DNA from: Gammaproteobacteria bacterium
Lineage (GTDB): Bacteria > Pseudomonadota > Gammaproteobacteria > CBDBNL01 > JAAOII01
Direction of reading: 5' to 3'
Assembly: GCA_965209035.1 (NCBI GenBank)
Contig: OZ242372.1
Span: 1,728,001 to 1,792,000 of the forward strand
Length of the DNA stretch: 64,000 nt
Position 1 is the stretch's first letter. Each line of letters starts with the position of its first letter. Under the pieces are notes generated by a model. It worked only from the letters and a program-made list of their open reading frames with translations. It had not been told where the DNA came from and ran no database searches. This document shows, piece after piece, positions 9,386 through 19,906 of the stretch. The translations under genes were made by a program, and so were the position numbers.

Positions 9386-10483
9386 TTGGCTTCTTACATC
9401 ATCCGCCGTCTCCTGTTTGTCATTCCGACATTACTGGGGATCATGGCAGTTAATTTTATTCTGGTGCAATCCGCACCGGGCGGACCGATTGAGCAGATTG
9501 CCGCCAAGATGCAAAACCTGAACGCGAACTCGGTTGGCAGAGTTACGGGGGAAGCGACCGAGGTGATCGGGGCGACTTCCGACGGTGCCGCCGAACAGGG
9601 CGGTTATATTGGTGCCAGAGGAATGGATCCGGCTTTGATTGAAGAACTGAGAAAGCAGTTTGGTTTTGATAAGCCGCCGCTGCAAAGATTCTTGTTGATG
9701 GTAAAAAGTTACATTCTTTTTGATTTTGGCGAAAGTTTTTACAAAGGGCGCAGTGTTCTCAGTCTCATCGCCGAAGCAATGCCTGTTTCCGTTTCGTTGG
9801 GGCTTTGGTCCACTCTGATTATTTATTTTGTGTCCGTGTTCATGGGTATTATGAAGGCGGTTTACAACGGCTCGGCTTTTGATGTTTGGAGCAGTTTTCT
9901 GATTATCATCGGCTATGCGATACCGTCTTTTTTGTTCGCTATTCTGTTACTTGTTCTGCTTGCCGGTGGCAGTTTCTGGCAGGTATTTCCTTTGGGCGGT
10001 CTGGTTTCGGAAAACTTTGAATCTCTCGGTTTTTGGGGTAAGATAGGCGACTACTTTCACCATATCGCCTTGCCAACTTTAACTTTGGTCATCGGCGGTT
10101 TTGTTGCCCTGACGATGCTCACCAAAAATTCCTTTTTGGAAGAAATTCACAAGCAGTATGTTTATACCGCCAGAGCCAAAGGATTAACCCGCAGCCGCGT
10201 TCTGTTGGGTCATGTGTTTCGTAATGCGATGCTGCTTGTCATCGCTTCCGCCCCGGCTGTTCTGGTGGGAATTTTTTTCACCGGCTCTCTGTTGGTGGAA
10301 ATCATCTTCTCGCTCAACGGCTTGGGCTTGCTGGGATTTGAAGCGGTTGTTAATCGCGACTATCCGGTGATCTTCGCAACCTTGTATATTTTCACTCTGC
10401 TCGGTTTGATCCTTAAACTCGTCAGCGATTTCACCTACACGCTGATAGACCCGCGCATAGACTTTGAAAAGCGGGGGGCTTAA
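9386..10483 (+). CDS. yejB: ABC transporter permease YejB
   Basis: TTG start; [42 protein letters not shown] (EAA loop), DPRIDF end. Confidence 0.92.
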   Translation: MASYIIRRLLFVIPTLLGIMAVNFILVQSAPGGPIEQIAAKMQNLNANSVGRVTGEATEVIGATSDGAAEQGGYIGARGMDPALIEELRKQFGFDKPPLQRFLLMVKSYILFDFGESFYKGRSVLSLIAEAMPVSVSLGLWSTLIIYFVSVFMGIMKAVYNGSAFDVWSSFLIIIGYAIPSFLFAILLLVLLAGGSFWQVFPLGGLVSENFESLGFWGKIGDYFHHIALPTLTLVIGGFVALTMLTKNSFLEEIHKQYVYTARAKGLTRSRVLLGHVFRNAMLLVIASAPAVLVGIFFTGSLLVEIIFSLNGLGLLGFEAVVNRDYPVIFATLYIFTLLGLILKLVSDFTYTLIDPRIDFEKRGA

Positions 10484-10559
10484 TGCTTTGGGGACTTAAC
10501 CGCACCCCGCTTTGTTGTTATCTCTTCCTTTAACTAATAACTAAGAAGCGTTTTTTGAT

Positions 10560-11126
10560 TTAAGGCTTGGGCGGCGTAACTTCCGTTTGCCCTTGATACT
10601 TGCCTTTGCGCCGTTTATAGGTGACCTCACATGGCTCGTCCGATTGAAAGAACAAAAGTTGCGCCACCCCTTCGCCCGCATAGATCTTGGCGGGCAGGTT
10701 TGTGGTATTTGAAAACTCCAGGGTGATGTTTCCTTCCCATTCCGGTTCCAGAGGAGTCACATTGACAACAATACCGCATCGGGCATAGGTAGATTTTCCC
10801 ACGCAGATGACAAGAACATCGGACGGAATACGCATATATTCCACCGTGCGTGCCAAAGCAAACGAGTTGGGCGGGATCACACAGTAATCGCCCGAGCGGT
10901 CAACAAAACTCTTCGGGTCAAACTTCTTTGGGTCCACCATAGACGCATTGATGTTGGTAAAAATTTTAAACTCTTTCGCACAGCGGACATCGTAGCCGTA
11001 ACTTGAAAGACCGTAAGAGATCACCGGTTGTCGGTTGTGGCGACGCACCTGCTTGTTTTCAAAAGGTTCTATCATCCGATGCGCGCGCACCTGTCGCTCA
11101 ATCCACTTGTCTGATTTAATTGTCAT
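10560..11126 (-). CDS. dcd: dCTP deaminase
   Basis: [43 protein letters not shown]. Confidence 0.96.
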   Translation of the reverse strand: MTIKSDKWIERQVRAHRMIEPFENKQVRRHNRQPVISYGLSSYGYDVRCAKEFKIFTNINASMVDPKKFDPKSFVDRSGDYCVIPPNSFALARTVEYMRIPSDVLVICVGKSTYARCGIVVNVTPLEPEWEGNITLEFSNTTNLPAKIYAGEGVAQLLFFQSDEPCEVTYKRRKGKYQGQTEVTPPKP

Positions 11127-11160
11127 TTAATCGTTATTTAATCGTCATTTAATTGTTATG
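11114..11160 (-). repeat. 11-bp tandem repeat duplicating the dcd start region
   Basis: Minus strand reads ataacaattaa atgacgattaa ataacgattaa atgacaattaa; the last unit is the dcd start. Confidence 0.7.
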
Positions 11161-11184
11161 CTCGCGTTTTATTTTATGAGAGAA

Positions 11185-12198
11185 TTAATCGTCCAGCACG
11201 CGAATAGTCGGCGGTTTTCTCATCCCGAGACGGCTCAAAGCGGTGACGGCACTTTTTGCCAAAAGATGTGAGATTTCTTTGTTGCCGGCCGTCATATCCG
11301 TCAGGGGCAATTCGCCGATCAGCGGAACCTTTGTCTTGGCGGCAAGTCGGGCCGCACCGCCCTTGCCAAAAGGATATAACAGAGTGTTGCAAGATGCGCA
11401 TCGCATATGACTCATATTTTCAATCATCCCGATCAACGGCACATACAACTTGCGGAACATTGCAATTCCTTTGGCGGCACCCATCAGTGCCAGATCGTGC
11501 GGTGTGGTGACGATGATGGCACCGCTCAAAGAAATGCGTTGGCAGAGTGTCAGTTGAATGTCGCCGGTTCCGGGTGGCAGGTCTATGACGAGGTAATCCA
11601 ATTCTTTCCAGTCGGTCATCAGCAGCAGTTGCTGCAGCACCCGGGATGCCATACTGCCGCGCCAGATGGCGGGCGTCTGATCCTCGTCCATCAAATAAGC
11701 AAGAGACATAGTATCCAGACCATGCAGTCGCTGCGGCAGTAATTTTTTGTTTTGCGCTATTTTTGCTTTGTCGGGTTTGGCACCGAGCAGATACCCTTGA
11801 CTGGGTCCGTAGATGTCCGCATCCAGCAGGCCGGTTTTGGCGCCCATTTCTTTCAGTCCCAACGCCAAGGAAACGGACAGGGTGGACTTGCCAACACCGC
11901 CCTTGCCCGATGCCACCGCGATGATATTTTTTACCCCGCCCATGTCCGCCGTTTCCGGCAGCGGGTTGAGCCTGGGGATCCGCTGCTCCGTGATGACTTG
12001 CGGGTTGGCAATTCCGCCGGCTTGCAGATGCTCGCAAAGTTCGCGCCGGATTTGATCCTGCACGGCGGCAGCCGGATAGGGCAGCCGGATATGCACCCGT
12101 GTCGGGTCCGCGGAATCTGTTTGAAAGCAGCCCAAACTTGCGTAATCGGTTTGCAGGTAAGGATCCTTGTAGGTTGCGATTAATGATTCAATCGTCAT
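11185..12198 (-). CDS. apbC: Mrp/ApbC Fe-S cluster carrier ATPase
   Basis: ASGKGGVGKST, DADIYGPS, DLPPGTGDIQL, ENMS..CxxC. Confidence 0.93.
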   Translation of the reverse strand: MTIESLIATYKDPYLQTDYASLGCFQTDSADPTRVHIRLPYPAAAVQDQIRRELCEHLQAGGIANPQVITEQRIPRLNPLPETADMGGVKNIIAVASGKGGVGKSTLSVSLALGLKEMGAKTGLLDADIYGPSQGYLLGAKPDKAKIAQNKKLLPQRLHGLDTMSLAYLMDEDQTPAIWRGSMASRVLQQLLLMTDWKELDYLVIDLPPGTGDIQLTLCQRISLSGAIIVTTPHDLALMGAAKGIAMFRKLYVPLIGMIENMSHMRCASCNTLLYPFGKGGAARLAAKTKVPLIGELPLTDMTAGNKEISHLLAKSAVTALSRLGMRKPPTIRVLDD

Positions 12199-12247
12199 TT
12201 AATAATAGTCATTGCGAGTGGTTTTGTTATTCTATGAAAGTTATTCT

Positions 12248-12350
12248 ACGCAGAAGTGATGCCGAAGAAGTGATGCCGGGGAGGTTATGCCGAAGAAATT
12301 ACACCAAAGAAGTTACGCCGAAGAAGTAGCACCAAAGAGGTTACGCCGAA
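12248..12350. repeat. Degenerate 14-bp tandem repeat (~7 units) overlapping the addA stop
   Basis: gccgaagaagtgat/gccggggaggttat/gccgaagaaattac/accaaagaagttac/gccgaagaagtagc/accaaagaggttac/gccgaa. Confidence 0.85.
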
Positions 12351-15300
12351 TCCGGCAGCCGCCGAATCGTTTCGCTTTTGACATCATAGTCCCAGGCAAA
12401 CCAAGCGCAATTTTGCGGACAGTAGATGCCGATTTTTATCGGCAAAACCCGATTGTGTTCGGCTTGCCGGACAGGCCGGACATTTAGCGCCTTGGCATAG
12501 CCGACCAACTGCCCGCCGTATTCTCTTTCCGCCTCCTCCAAAGTGAGCGGTTTTTCCGGTGCAAATGTTTTGTAATCCACAATCCAACGCGTGCCGTTAT
12601 CAATAAAACTTCGGTCCAAACGAATGCCTCTGCCTCCCGGCAGTAAAATACCCCACTCGGTATGTACTTCCGCATCTTCGGTGGCGGGTGTCCCGGCTGC
12701 CGCCGGTATCCCCAGGATCCATTTCCCCGTTTTGTCCGCCAGGGTTTTTTCTATGCAGGCTCGGGCTTCCCCTGCCAGGTCTTCGGCGAGCCGCGGCGGC
12801 AGTCCCGCTTCCAGCAGGCGCGGCAGTCCCCGGGCAATTTCGTCCCGGATGAGATTCTTGCATTTTTCCCGATCGGTGATTAAATCCCGGTCGGCATTGC
12901 CAAGAACTTCCATCAGACCGTGAATTAAAAGGCCGCGCTCCCGTTCGAAAGGAGGCTGCCAATGCCGGATGGAAACCTTGCGGGGCTGTTCGTGTTCCTG
13001 CGACGCTTGTCCCACTTCTTGCAGTGGCTCTGCCGGCCCTTTTAGTGCTTTTAATTCCGGCCTCTTTTGTTGGTTGATCTGTGCTTCACGCAAACCCAAC
13101 GCGATGCGACGCAGTTTCCGCACAGAACCTGTTTCCTCTGCTTGAGGGCCTTGCCGGCCCTGCCGGACTTGTTCCGCCAGAGCCGCGTCCTTTCGCCCCG
13201 GGTGCCCCGCGATCTCCGTTTTTATTATTGTGCCGGCCGCTCTTATATAAGACCGGAAAGCTCCCCGATAGCTGCGCGCCTCTGCCGGATAATGCATATA
13301 CAACCCCTTGCGGGCGCGCGTGCATGCCACATAAAACAGTCGGCGTTGTTCTTGTTCTTCCCGTTCCTTGCGGATGCGCTCCAACATTCCGTGAGCGGGA
13401 CGGGATTCCGGCGAGTCCGTGGGGAAGCGCAATGCCAGAATTGCCAACTCGCCGGCCGGCTCGCTGTTTGGTTTTTTCTCTTTTTCGGACGGAGAAAAAC
13501 TGAGGACATGAATCGTATCATTGCCCCGGTTGCCGGCCAGACTGCTTTTGTCTGTGTTCGGCAAGAAAACATGATCAAACTCCAGCCCCTTTGCCTTGTG
13601 GACGGTCATGATCTGAATCTGTGCGCCGCTTTCCAACGGCAGACCTTCTTCCTTTAACTGTGCGGACATGGCGGCAAGATCGACGCGCCCCGCCACGGTG
13701 TTTGCTTCCAAAATTTGTAAAAAAACGGACAACTCCGCTTCCGCTTGTTCATCTTCCAAGAGCATTCTCCCGCCGAGATCGTGCCATGCCCGTTCCGTAC
13801 TTTCGCTCAGTTGCAGTCTGCCCGTATCGCGCAAGCCGGGGGCAAGTGCCCGCTCCAGAAGTCTAAGACGGCTGATGCCGTCATCGGACAGACCTTGGAT
13901 GGCGGTCGGCTTTGCGGCAACCCGGGTGAGCAGGGCGGGGATGTCCGCCTTGCTGCGGTGCTGTTCGGCCGCCAGTGCGTTTAGGTCCGCCAGAATCAGG
14001 CCGCACCAAGGACTGCGCAGCAAAGAATACCAAGCCGTGTCATCGCTTTGGCCGGACAAGCAACGCACCAGGCTCATCAGGTCTGTCACGAACATACTGT
14101 CCCCCACCCCGAATATTTCCGTCGCCTGAAAATCCAGTCCTTCCCGTTGTAAAAAGGGCAACAAGGGAATCAGTTGTGCCCGCTTGCTGCCGAGTATGGC
14201 GATGGTATCTGCCGGGTTGCTTGTTCGGATTGTTTTCAACTTCTCAATTAATCCGGCATATTTTTCCGTGGCGGTGGGTTTTCTCTCCTCGGATGACCCG
14301 ATCACATAGAACACGGGCAGGCAACTTTCGTCCTTATCGGGATCGGGCGAACCTGCCGGCAGACCGGGAGTGTAGCCGACCGTATCCGTCAGGCTATTTT
14401 TATCCGCGGCGGCCGCCGCCGGCGAAAGAACCTCGGCGAAATTGGAGTTGAACCACCCGACCAAGGAGGCACCGCTGCGATAATTACAACTGAGCCGGAT
14501 CTGTTTTAGTTTCACCTGTCCCAGCCTGCCGGTTTGCCACAGACGGTTGAAGATGCGAACATTGGCATTGCGGAAAGAATAGACGGACTGCATCGGATCG
14601 CCGACCAGGAACATTGTGTTGTTCACCGAAGGATCCCAACTTTGCGAGAGGTTTTTCAAAAGACGCAGTTGCGTGGAAGAAGTATCCTGAAACTCGTCAA
14701 CCAGAAGATGCCTTAACTGATAACCGAGCCTTTCCGCCAGCAGAGTGGGGGCATCTTCGCCGCCGGTCACGCGTTGGGCGGCAAGCAGAACTTCGGTATA
14801 GTCGCAGCAGCCCCTTGTCCGAAAGAGGACAATCAACTCGGCGACCGCTTCCTTAAACAAGAGCCGCGAGTGGTCCGCCAGACTGAGTTCGGCGGGGTCG
14901 TATCCGCCGGCCCAACCGCGGGACTGCCCAAGTTGGTGAATAAACTCGGACGCATCGGCATCCGCAAGTTCCATTAACATCTCTTTTGCCCGTTCTTTGG
15001 CAATCGGGTTTGAAATATCGCGAGCGGGCTTCTTGCGCAGAGACCCGCTTTTTGTCAGGAGGATTTCGGCAAGAGTCTGCCAATCGGACACATTTGGGGT
15101 GCCGGGTTTCGCACCTGCCCGCTCCGCCGTTTTGTTTGTCATGTTTTCAAATCGCCGTGCGACCTCTTGCGGCAAGAGAGTTGCCCATCTATCGGCAGCG
15201 AATACCTCTTGCGGTGTGCAACCCTCCAGTCGTTCCCGGAGCAGGTCTGTCAGGGCGGTCAGATCTTCGTTTGCATTGTAATTACTTACCGTCATCACCG

Positions 15301-15952
15301 GCAAGAGATCTCCTCGCTTATCCAACAGGCCGGCAAAGTTTTCCGTGAGAAGACCCACATCGTTATTGTGCCGATACAATAACTCCGCCATTGCGGGGCG
15401 GTGCCTGTTGTTTTTCCGCAGTCGGTCAAATGCCAGTTCCGCCGCCTCGCAATAGAGCCCGTAAATGCGATGGCCGGTTATCAGTTCCGGCACATCGTAA
15501 AACTGCGCCCTGTCCGCATCCAAGGTCATCAGAGTTCGACAAAAGCCGTCAATGGTGGTGACCGTCTCGGTGTCAATTAAATGGTGCGGATGCCACTCCG
15601 GCCCGGAGTTCTCGGCCTTGCGCCGAACCTTCTGTGCCAGTTCATAGGTACTCTTTTTGTAGTCCTCGCTCGGTGGCTCCTTGCGTAACAATTCCAGTCG
15701 CAGTCGGCGGCGCATCTCGGCGGCGGCCTTGCGCGTAAAGGTGATTGCCACAAGTTGTTTCGGATGTTCGCAACTTTGCCCCAACAGAGCCAGATAGCGT
15801 TGCACCAATAATTCGGTCTTACCCGAACCGGCCGGTGCTTTCACAATGACGCTTTGGCGAATGTCGATGGCATCGGTGCGCGCCAGGGCATCCTTGCGTA
15901 ACTCCTCGGCGTTGGTGTCCGCTTCGGGTACTTGTGATCTTTGAGGCAACAT
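12341..15952 (-). CDS. addA: AddA-like ATP-dependent helicase/nuclease (UvrD helicase + C-terminal PD-(D/E)XK nuclease)
   Basis: APAGSGKT, ITFTRKAAAEM, LVDEFQD, VGDPMQSVYSFR, MTVHKAKGLEF, YVACTRAR, nuclease LDR...IVDYKT. Confidence 0.82.
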   Translation of the reverse strand: MLPQRSQVPEADTNAEELRKDALARTDAIDIRQSVIVKAPAGSGKTELLVQRYLALLGQSCEHPKQLVAITFTRKAAAEMRRRLRLELLRKEPPSEDYKKSTYELAQKVRRKAENSGPEWHPHHLIDTETVTTIDGFCRTLMTLDADRAQFYDVPELITGHRIYGLYCEAAELAFDRLRKNNRHRPAMAELLYRHNNDVGLLTENFAGLLDKRGDLLPVMTVSNYNANEDLTALTDLLRERLEGCTPQEVFAADRWATLLPQEVARRFENMTNKTAERAGAKPGTPNVSDWQTLAEILLTKSGSLRKKPARDISNPIAKERAKEMLMELADADASEFIHQLGQSRGWAGGYDPAELSLADHSRLLFKEAVAELIVLFRTRGCCDYTEVLLAAQRVTGGEDAPTLLAERLGYQLRHLLVDEFQDTSSTQLRLLKNLSQSWDPSVNNTMFLVGDPMQSVYSFRNANVRIFNRLWQTGRLGQVKLKQIRLSCNYRSGASLVGWFNSNFAEVLSPAAAAADKNSLTDTVGYTPGLPAGSPDPDKDESCLPVFYVIGSSEERKPTATEKYAGLIEKLKTIRTSNPADTIAILGSKRAQLIPLLPFLQREGLDFQATEIFGVGDSMFVTDLMSLVRCLSGQSDDTAWYSLLRSPWCGLILADLNALAAEQHRSKADIPALLTRVAAKPTAIQGLSDDGISRLRLLERALAPGLRDTGRLQLSESTERAWHDLGGRMLLEDEQAEAELSVFLQILEANTVAGRVDLAAMSAQLKEEGLPLESGAQIQIMTVHKAKGLEFDHVFLPNTDKSSLAGNRGNDTIHVLSFSPSEKEKKPNSEPAGELAILALRFPTDSPESRPAHGMLERIRKEREEQEQRRLFYVACTRARKGLYMHYPAEARSYRGAFRSYIRAAGTIIKTEIAGHPGRKDAALAEQVRQGRQGPQAEETGSVRKLRRIALGLREAQINQQKRPELKALKGPAEPLQEVGQASQEHEQPRKVSIRHWQPPFERERGLLIHGLMEVLGNADRDLITDREKCKNLIRDEIARGLPRLLEAGLPPRLAEDLAGEARACIEKTLADKTGKWILGIPAAAGTPATEDAEVHTEWGILLPGGRGIRLDRSFIDNGTRWIVDYKTFAPEKPLTLEEAEREYGGQLVGYAKALNVRPVRQAEHNRVLPIKIGIYCPQNCAWFAWDYDVKSETIRRLPDSA

Positions 15953-16087
15953 TTAAAAAAAGTAAAAAAGTAAAAAAATTGGTATATTGACTCTATTTTA
16001 TCAAAAGGACGTTAAACAGTTGCGGGCAGGCTTTCCCTATTTTGCGGACACGGGTATGTGTATGTGGGATAAAGATCGCATAGTATT

Positions 16088-16165
16088 GCATCATGCTCAC
16101 AAGTAACTCTCACCGATTCATTTCGGACAAAAGCACGCAGAGTCCGAAACCGAGTGGGATGATAC
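16088..16165. repeat. 78-bp dispersed repeat, copy 2 (MITE/REP-like)
   Basis: Imperfect terminal inverted repeats gcatcatgctcac / gtgggatgatac; internal tttcggac...gtccgaaa; homologous to 2770..2847. Confidence 0.7.
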
Positions 16166-16262
16166 AAGATGACACACACACGATTGATTTAGATTATAAT
16201 TTCATAATGGCTATCAAACTAAAGGATTGAGTGCGGATAATAGTTCGGGTAATAAGGTATAA

Positions 16263-17201
16263 ATGCGAACACCTCTCAATTACACAGGGAATAAATCAAG
16301 GTTAGTATCCGCATTCAAGGATAATTTTCCAAAGAAAATAAAAAAATTTGTAGACTTGTTTTGTGGCGGGGGGACTGTTGGTTTGAGTGTTGATGCCGAA
16401 CAAGTTTTTTTTGTAGATAGTAATAAAAATGTGATTGAATTATTGAAGCATCTTTCAAAATTTGATTATGGGGTCCTATTGGAAAGATTGGAAAGATTGA
16501 TACACAGACATCAATTATCTTATTCTGCCAAGTGTGGTTATCAAGGATATAGAAAAGGAATAGATAAGCAAGATAATAACGGATTGAAAGAATACAATTC
16601 ACGTGGTTTTTATAAATTAAGGCAGAGTTACAACGCACAAAAAGATAAGTTTAGCGCGGAAAGTCTGGATATGTTGTATCTGTTGATGGTTTATGGGTTT
16701 AACAACGATATTAGGTTTAATTCCAAAAACGAGTACAACTTGCCGGCAGGTAAAACGGATTTAAACAAAAGTAATTTAAGGAAGTTAGAAGAATATATCA
16801 AAAGAGTAGGCGAGATATCTTGCAAGTTTATATGCGAGGACTTTAGAAGCGAGAAAGTAAAAGATATATTGCTTGCCGCGGAATTCGTTTATGCCGATCC
16901 TCCTTATCTTTTAGGCAAAGCAGTGTATAACGAAAATGGCAGTTGGACACAAGATAACGAAAGGGATTTAATTACTCTTCTAAAGATGTTAGATGAGAGT
17001 AAGGTTTCGTTTGCTTTATCGAATGTTATAGAAAAAGCGATTCCCAAGATAGAAAATAAACTACTAAAAGAATGGGTTTCAAATAATGAACATCTCAGAA
17101 TATTAAATATGAATACTCATTACAGAAGTTCAAGTTATAACAAGAAAAATAGAAATGCCGGCGAGCAAGAGGTTTTAATCGTCAACAGCTTGCCATGTTA
17201 A
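16263..17201 (+). CDS. Dam-family (D12 class) N6-adenine DNA methyltransferase
   Basis: PLNYTGNK, FVDLFCGGG (motif I), YADPPY (motif IV), EVLIVN; clearly AT-richer than its neighbours. Confidence 0.9.
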   Translation: MRTPLNYTGNKSRLVSAFKDNFPKKIKKFVDLFCGGGTVGLSVDAEQVFFVDSNKNVIELLKHLSKFDYGVLLERLERLIHRHQLSYSAKCGYQGYRKGIDKQDNNGLKEYNSRGFYKLRQSYNAQKDKFSAESLDMLYLLMVYGFNNDIRFNSKNEYNLPAGKTDLNKSNLRKLEEYIKRVGEISCKFICEDFRSEKVKDILLAAEFVYADPPYLLGKAVYNENGSWTQDNERDLITLLKMLDESKVSFALSNVIEKAIPKIENKLLKEWVSNNEHLRILNMNTHYRSSSYNKKNRNAGEQEVLIVNSLPC

Positions 17202-17290
17202 ATATCTACAACAGGAGATATTTGGGTAGTAAGAAATTGTTGCTAAAAGATATTGAGTATTTGGTAGAAAAGAGAGATTATCTATATTGA
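17195..17290 (+). pseudogene. Truncated N-terminus of a second adenine methyltransferase
   Basis: ATG overlaps the end of the upstream MTase; MLNIYNRRYLGSKKLLLKDIEYLVEKRDYLY* resembles the RY(L/I)GSK..LL start of FokI/NlaIII-type MTases; stops after 31 codons. Confidence 0.6.
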
Positions 17291-17550
17291 ATTTGGATAT
17301 AGATATAAAAGAGTTACTTGATTTTTATAGCATCACAGAATAGCCCGGCAATACGAGTTCAATTTTTGATATCAATCATCCGCAGATTAAAAGCCGGATC
17401 AGTTTGTTTTATAATACCGATAACAGGCAAGTCTCGTTCCTTGTTAGCAAAACCGCGGGCGGGGACTTGGCTTGAAATGTGAAATATAAAACAAGAATTA
17501 AACTAAAATAATGTTATATTGATTACGATGAAAAAGCAGTTTTTTATGCG

Positions 17551-17622
17551 TTCGGGGATGACCCCGGCGAGAGTTTCAGGGATAATCCTGGCGAGAGTTT
17601 CGGGGACAACCCCGGCGAGGAC
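17551..17622 (+). repeat. 3 x 24-bp tandem palindromic repeat upstream of atpB
   Basis: ttcggggatgaccccggcgagagt / ttcagggataatcctggcgagagt / ttcggggacaaccccggcgaggac. Confidence 0.85.
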
Positions 17623-17632
17623 GGACAGATAA

Positions 17633-18448
<816 letters not shown>

Positions 18449-18522
18449 GCGGGATCTGTAAAGAAAGGATTGTTCTTATAATAACCACAAACGACTTTTA
18501 ACTTATATATAAACTTTATTAA

Positions 18523-18798
<276 letters not shown>

Positions 18799-18801
18799 GC
18801 G

Positions 18802-19272
18802 ATGAACATTAATCTGACTCTTGTCGGTCAGGCAATTTCGTTTGCTCTGTTCGTGCTGTTTTGCATGCGCTTTGTTTGGCCGCCCGTGATGAATGCTTTG
18901 CGGGAAAGGCAAAAATCCATCAGCGAAGGGTTGCTGGCGGCGGATCAGGCGAAGCAGAATCTGGCACAAACGCAGGAGGAAAATCAACTGCAATTGCAAC
19001 AGGGGAAACGGCAGGCGGAAGAAATTCTTGCCGGCGCCAACAAGCAAGCACAGGTGATTTTGGAGAATGCCAAAGCCGAAGCCGAAAAAGAGGGGCAGAG
19101 GATCGTTCGTGCAGCCGAAGAGGCGGCACAGCAAAGTATGCAAAAAGCGCGCAGCGAGTTGCGTACCACTTTTGCCGGATTGGTTTCCAGCGGCGTCGCC
19201 AAGATTCTTGGGCGCGAAGCGGACATCAATCAGCACAAGAGCATTTTGAATTCCCTGGAAAAGCAACTTTAA
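18802..19272 (+). CDS. atpF: ATP synthase subunit b
   Basis: [25 protein letters not shown] followed by coiled coil. Confidence 0.96.
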   Translation: MNINLTLVGQAISFALFVLFCMRFVWPPVMNALRERQKSISEGLLAADQAKQNLAQTQEENQLQLQQGKRQAEEILAGANKQAQVILENAKAEAEKEGQRIVRAAEEAAQQSMQKARSELRTTFAGLVSSGVAKILGREADINQHKSILNSLEKQL

Positions 19273-19308
19273 GAACTAACAAAAATTAATTAAGGCAGAA
19301 CAGCTCCG

Positions 19309-19875
19309 ATGGATACTTTGGCTCGTCCCTATGCCCGTGCCGCTTTTGCGGTGGCACAAGATACCGACCCGACGGGTGCGGGTGCGAATGCGAATGCGAA
19401 TAAAGGAACAGAAAGCTGGCTAAGTTTTTTATCCGTTATTGCAAAATCTGTTACCGAGCCGACACTTGCGACCTATGTGGCGAACCCGTCTTTGGCACGC
19501 AAAGAGAAGGTTGGTATTCTTCTGCGGCTGTCTGCGGAGTGCGGTGTAAAAACGGATGCGAAGCAATCTAATTTTTTGACGCTTTTATTCCAAAACAATC
19601 GCCTGCGCTTTCTGCCCGCCATACTGCATCTTTTCCGGGAAATGAAACTGAGTTCGGAACAGGCACTATCCGCCCGGGTTCGCACCGCTTTCCCGTTGGA
19701 TGAGGCGGAGCTGGGGCAGTTGGAGGCAACCCTTGCCGCCGCTTACAAGCGTCCGGTTCGGGCGGAAGTGGCGCTTGACGAGAGCCTCATCGGCGGCCTG
19801 GTGATTGAAGTACTGGGATACTCCCGGGATTATTCGATCAAGGGGAAACTGGAAATACTGCGTAAAAATTTATAA
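19309..19875 (+). CDS. atpH: ATP synthase subunit delta
   Basis: TLARPYARAAF, LIGGLVI, D.SIKGKL; position in the operon. Confidence 0.93.
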   Translation: MDTLARPYARAAFAVAQDTDPTGAGANANANKGTESWLSFLSVIAKSVTEPTLATYVANPSLARKEKVGILLRLSAECGVKTDAKQSNFLTLLFQNNRLRFLPAILHLFREMKLSSEQALSARVRTAFPLDEAELGQLEATLAAAYKRPVRAEVALDESLIGGLVIEVLGYSRDYSIKGKLEILRKNL

Positions 19876-19906
19876 ATAACATACAACCAAAAATAACACA
19901 GACGAT

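Noticed and set aside
12248-12350. Possible CRISPR array
   Set aside because: 14-bp head-to-tail units with no unique spacers and no cas genes; the adjacent nuclease is AddA-like.
17551-17622. Possible mini-CRISPR (palindromic 24-mers)
   Set aside because: Units are contiguous with no spacers.
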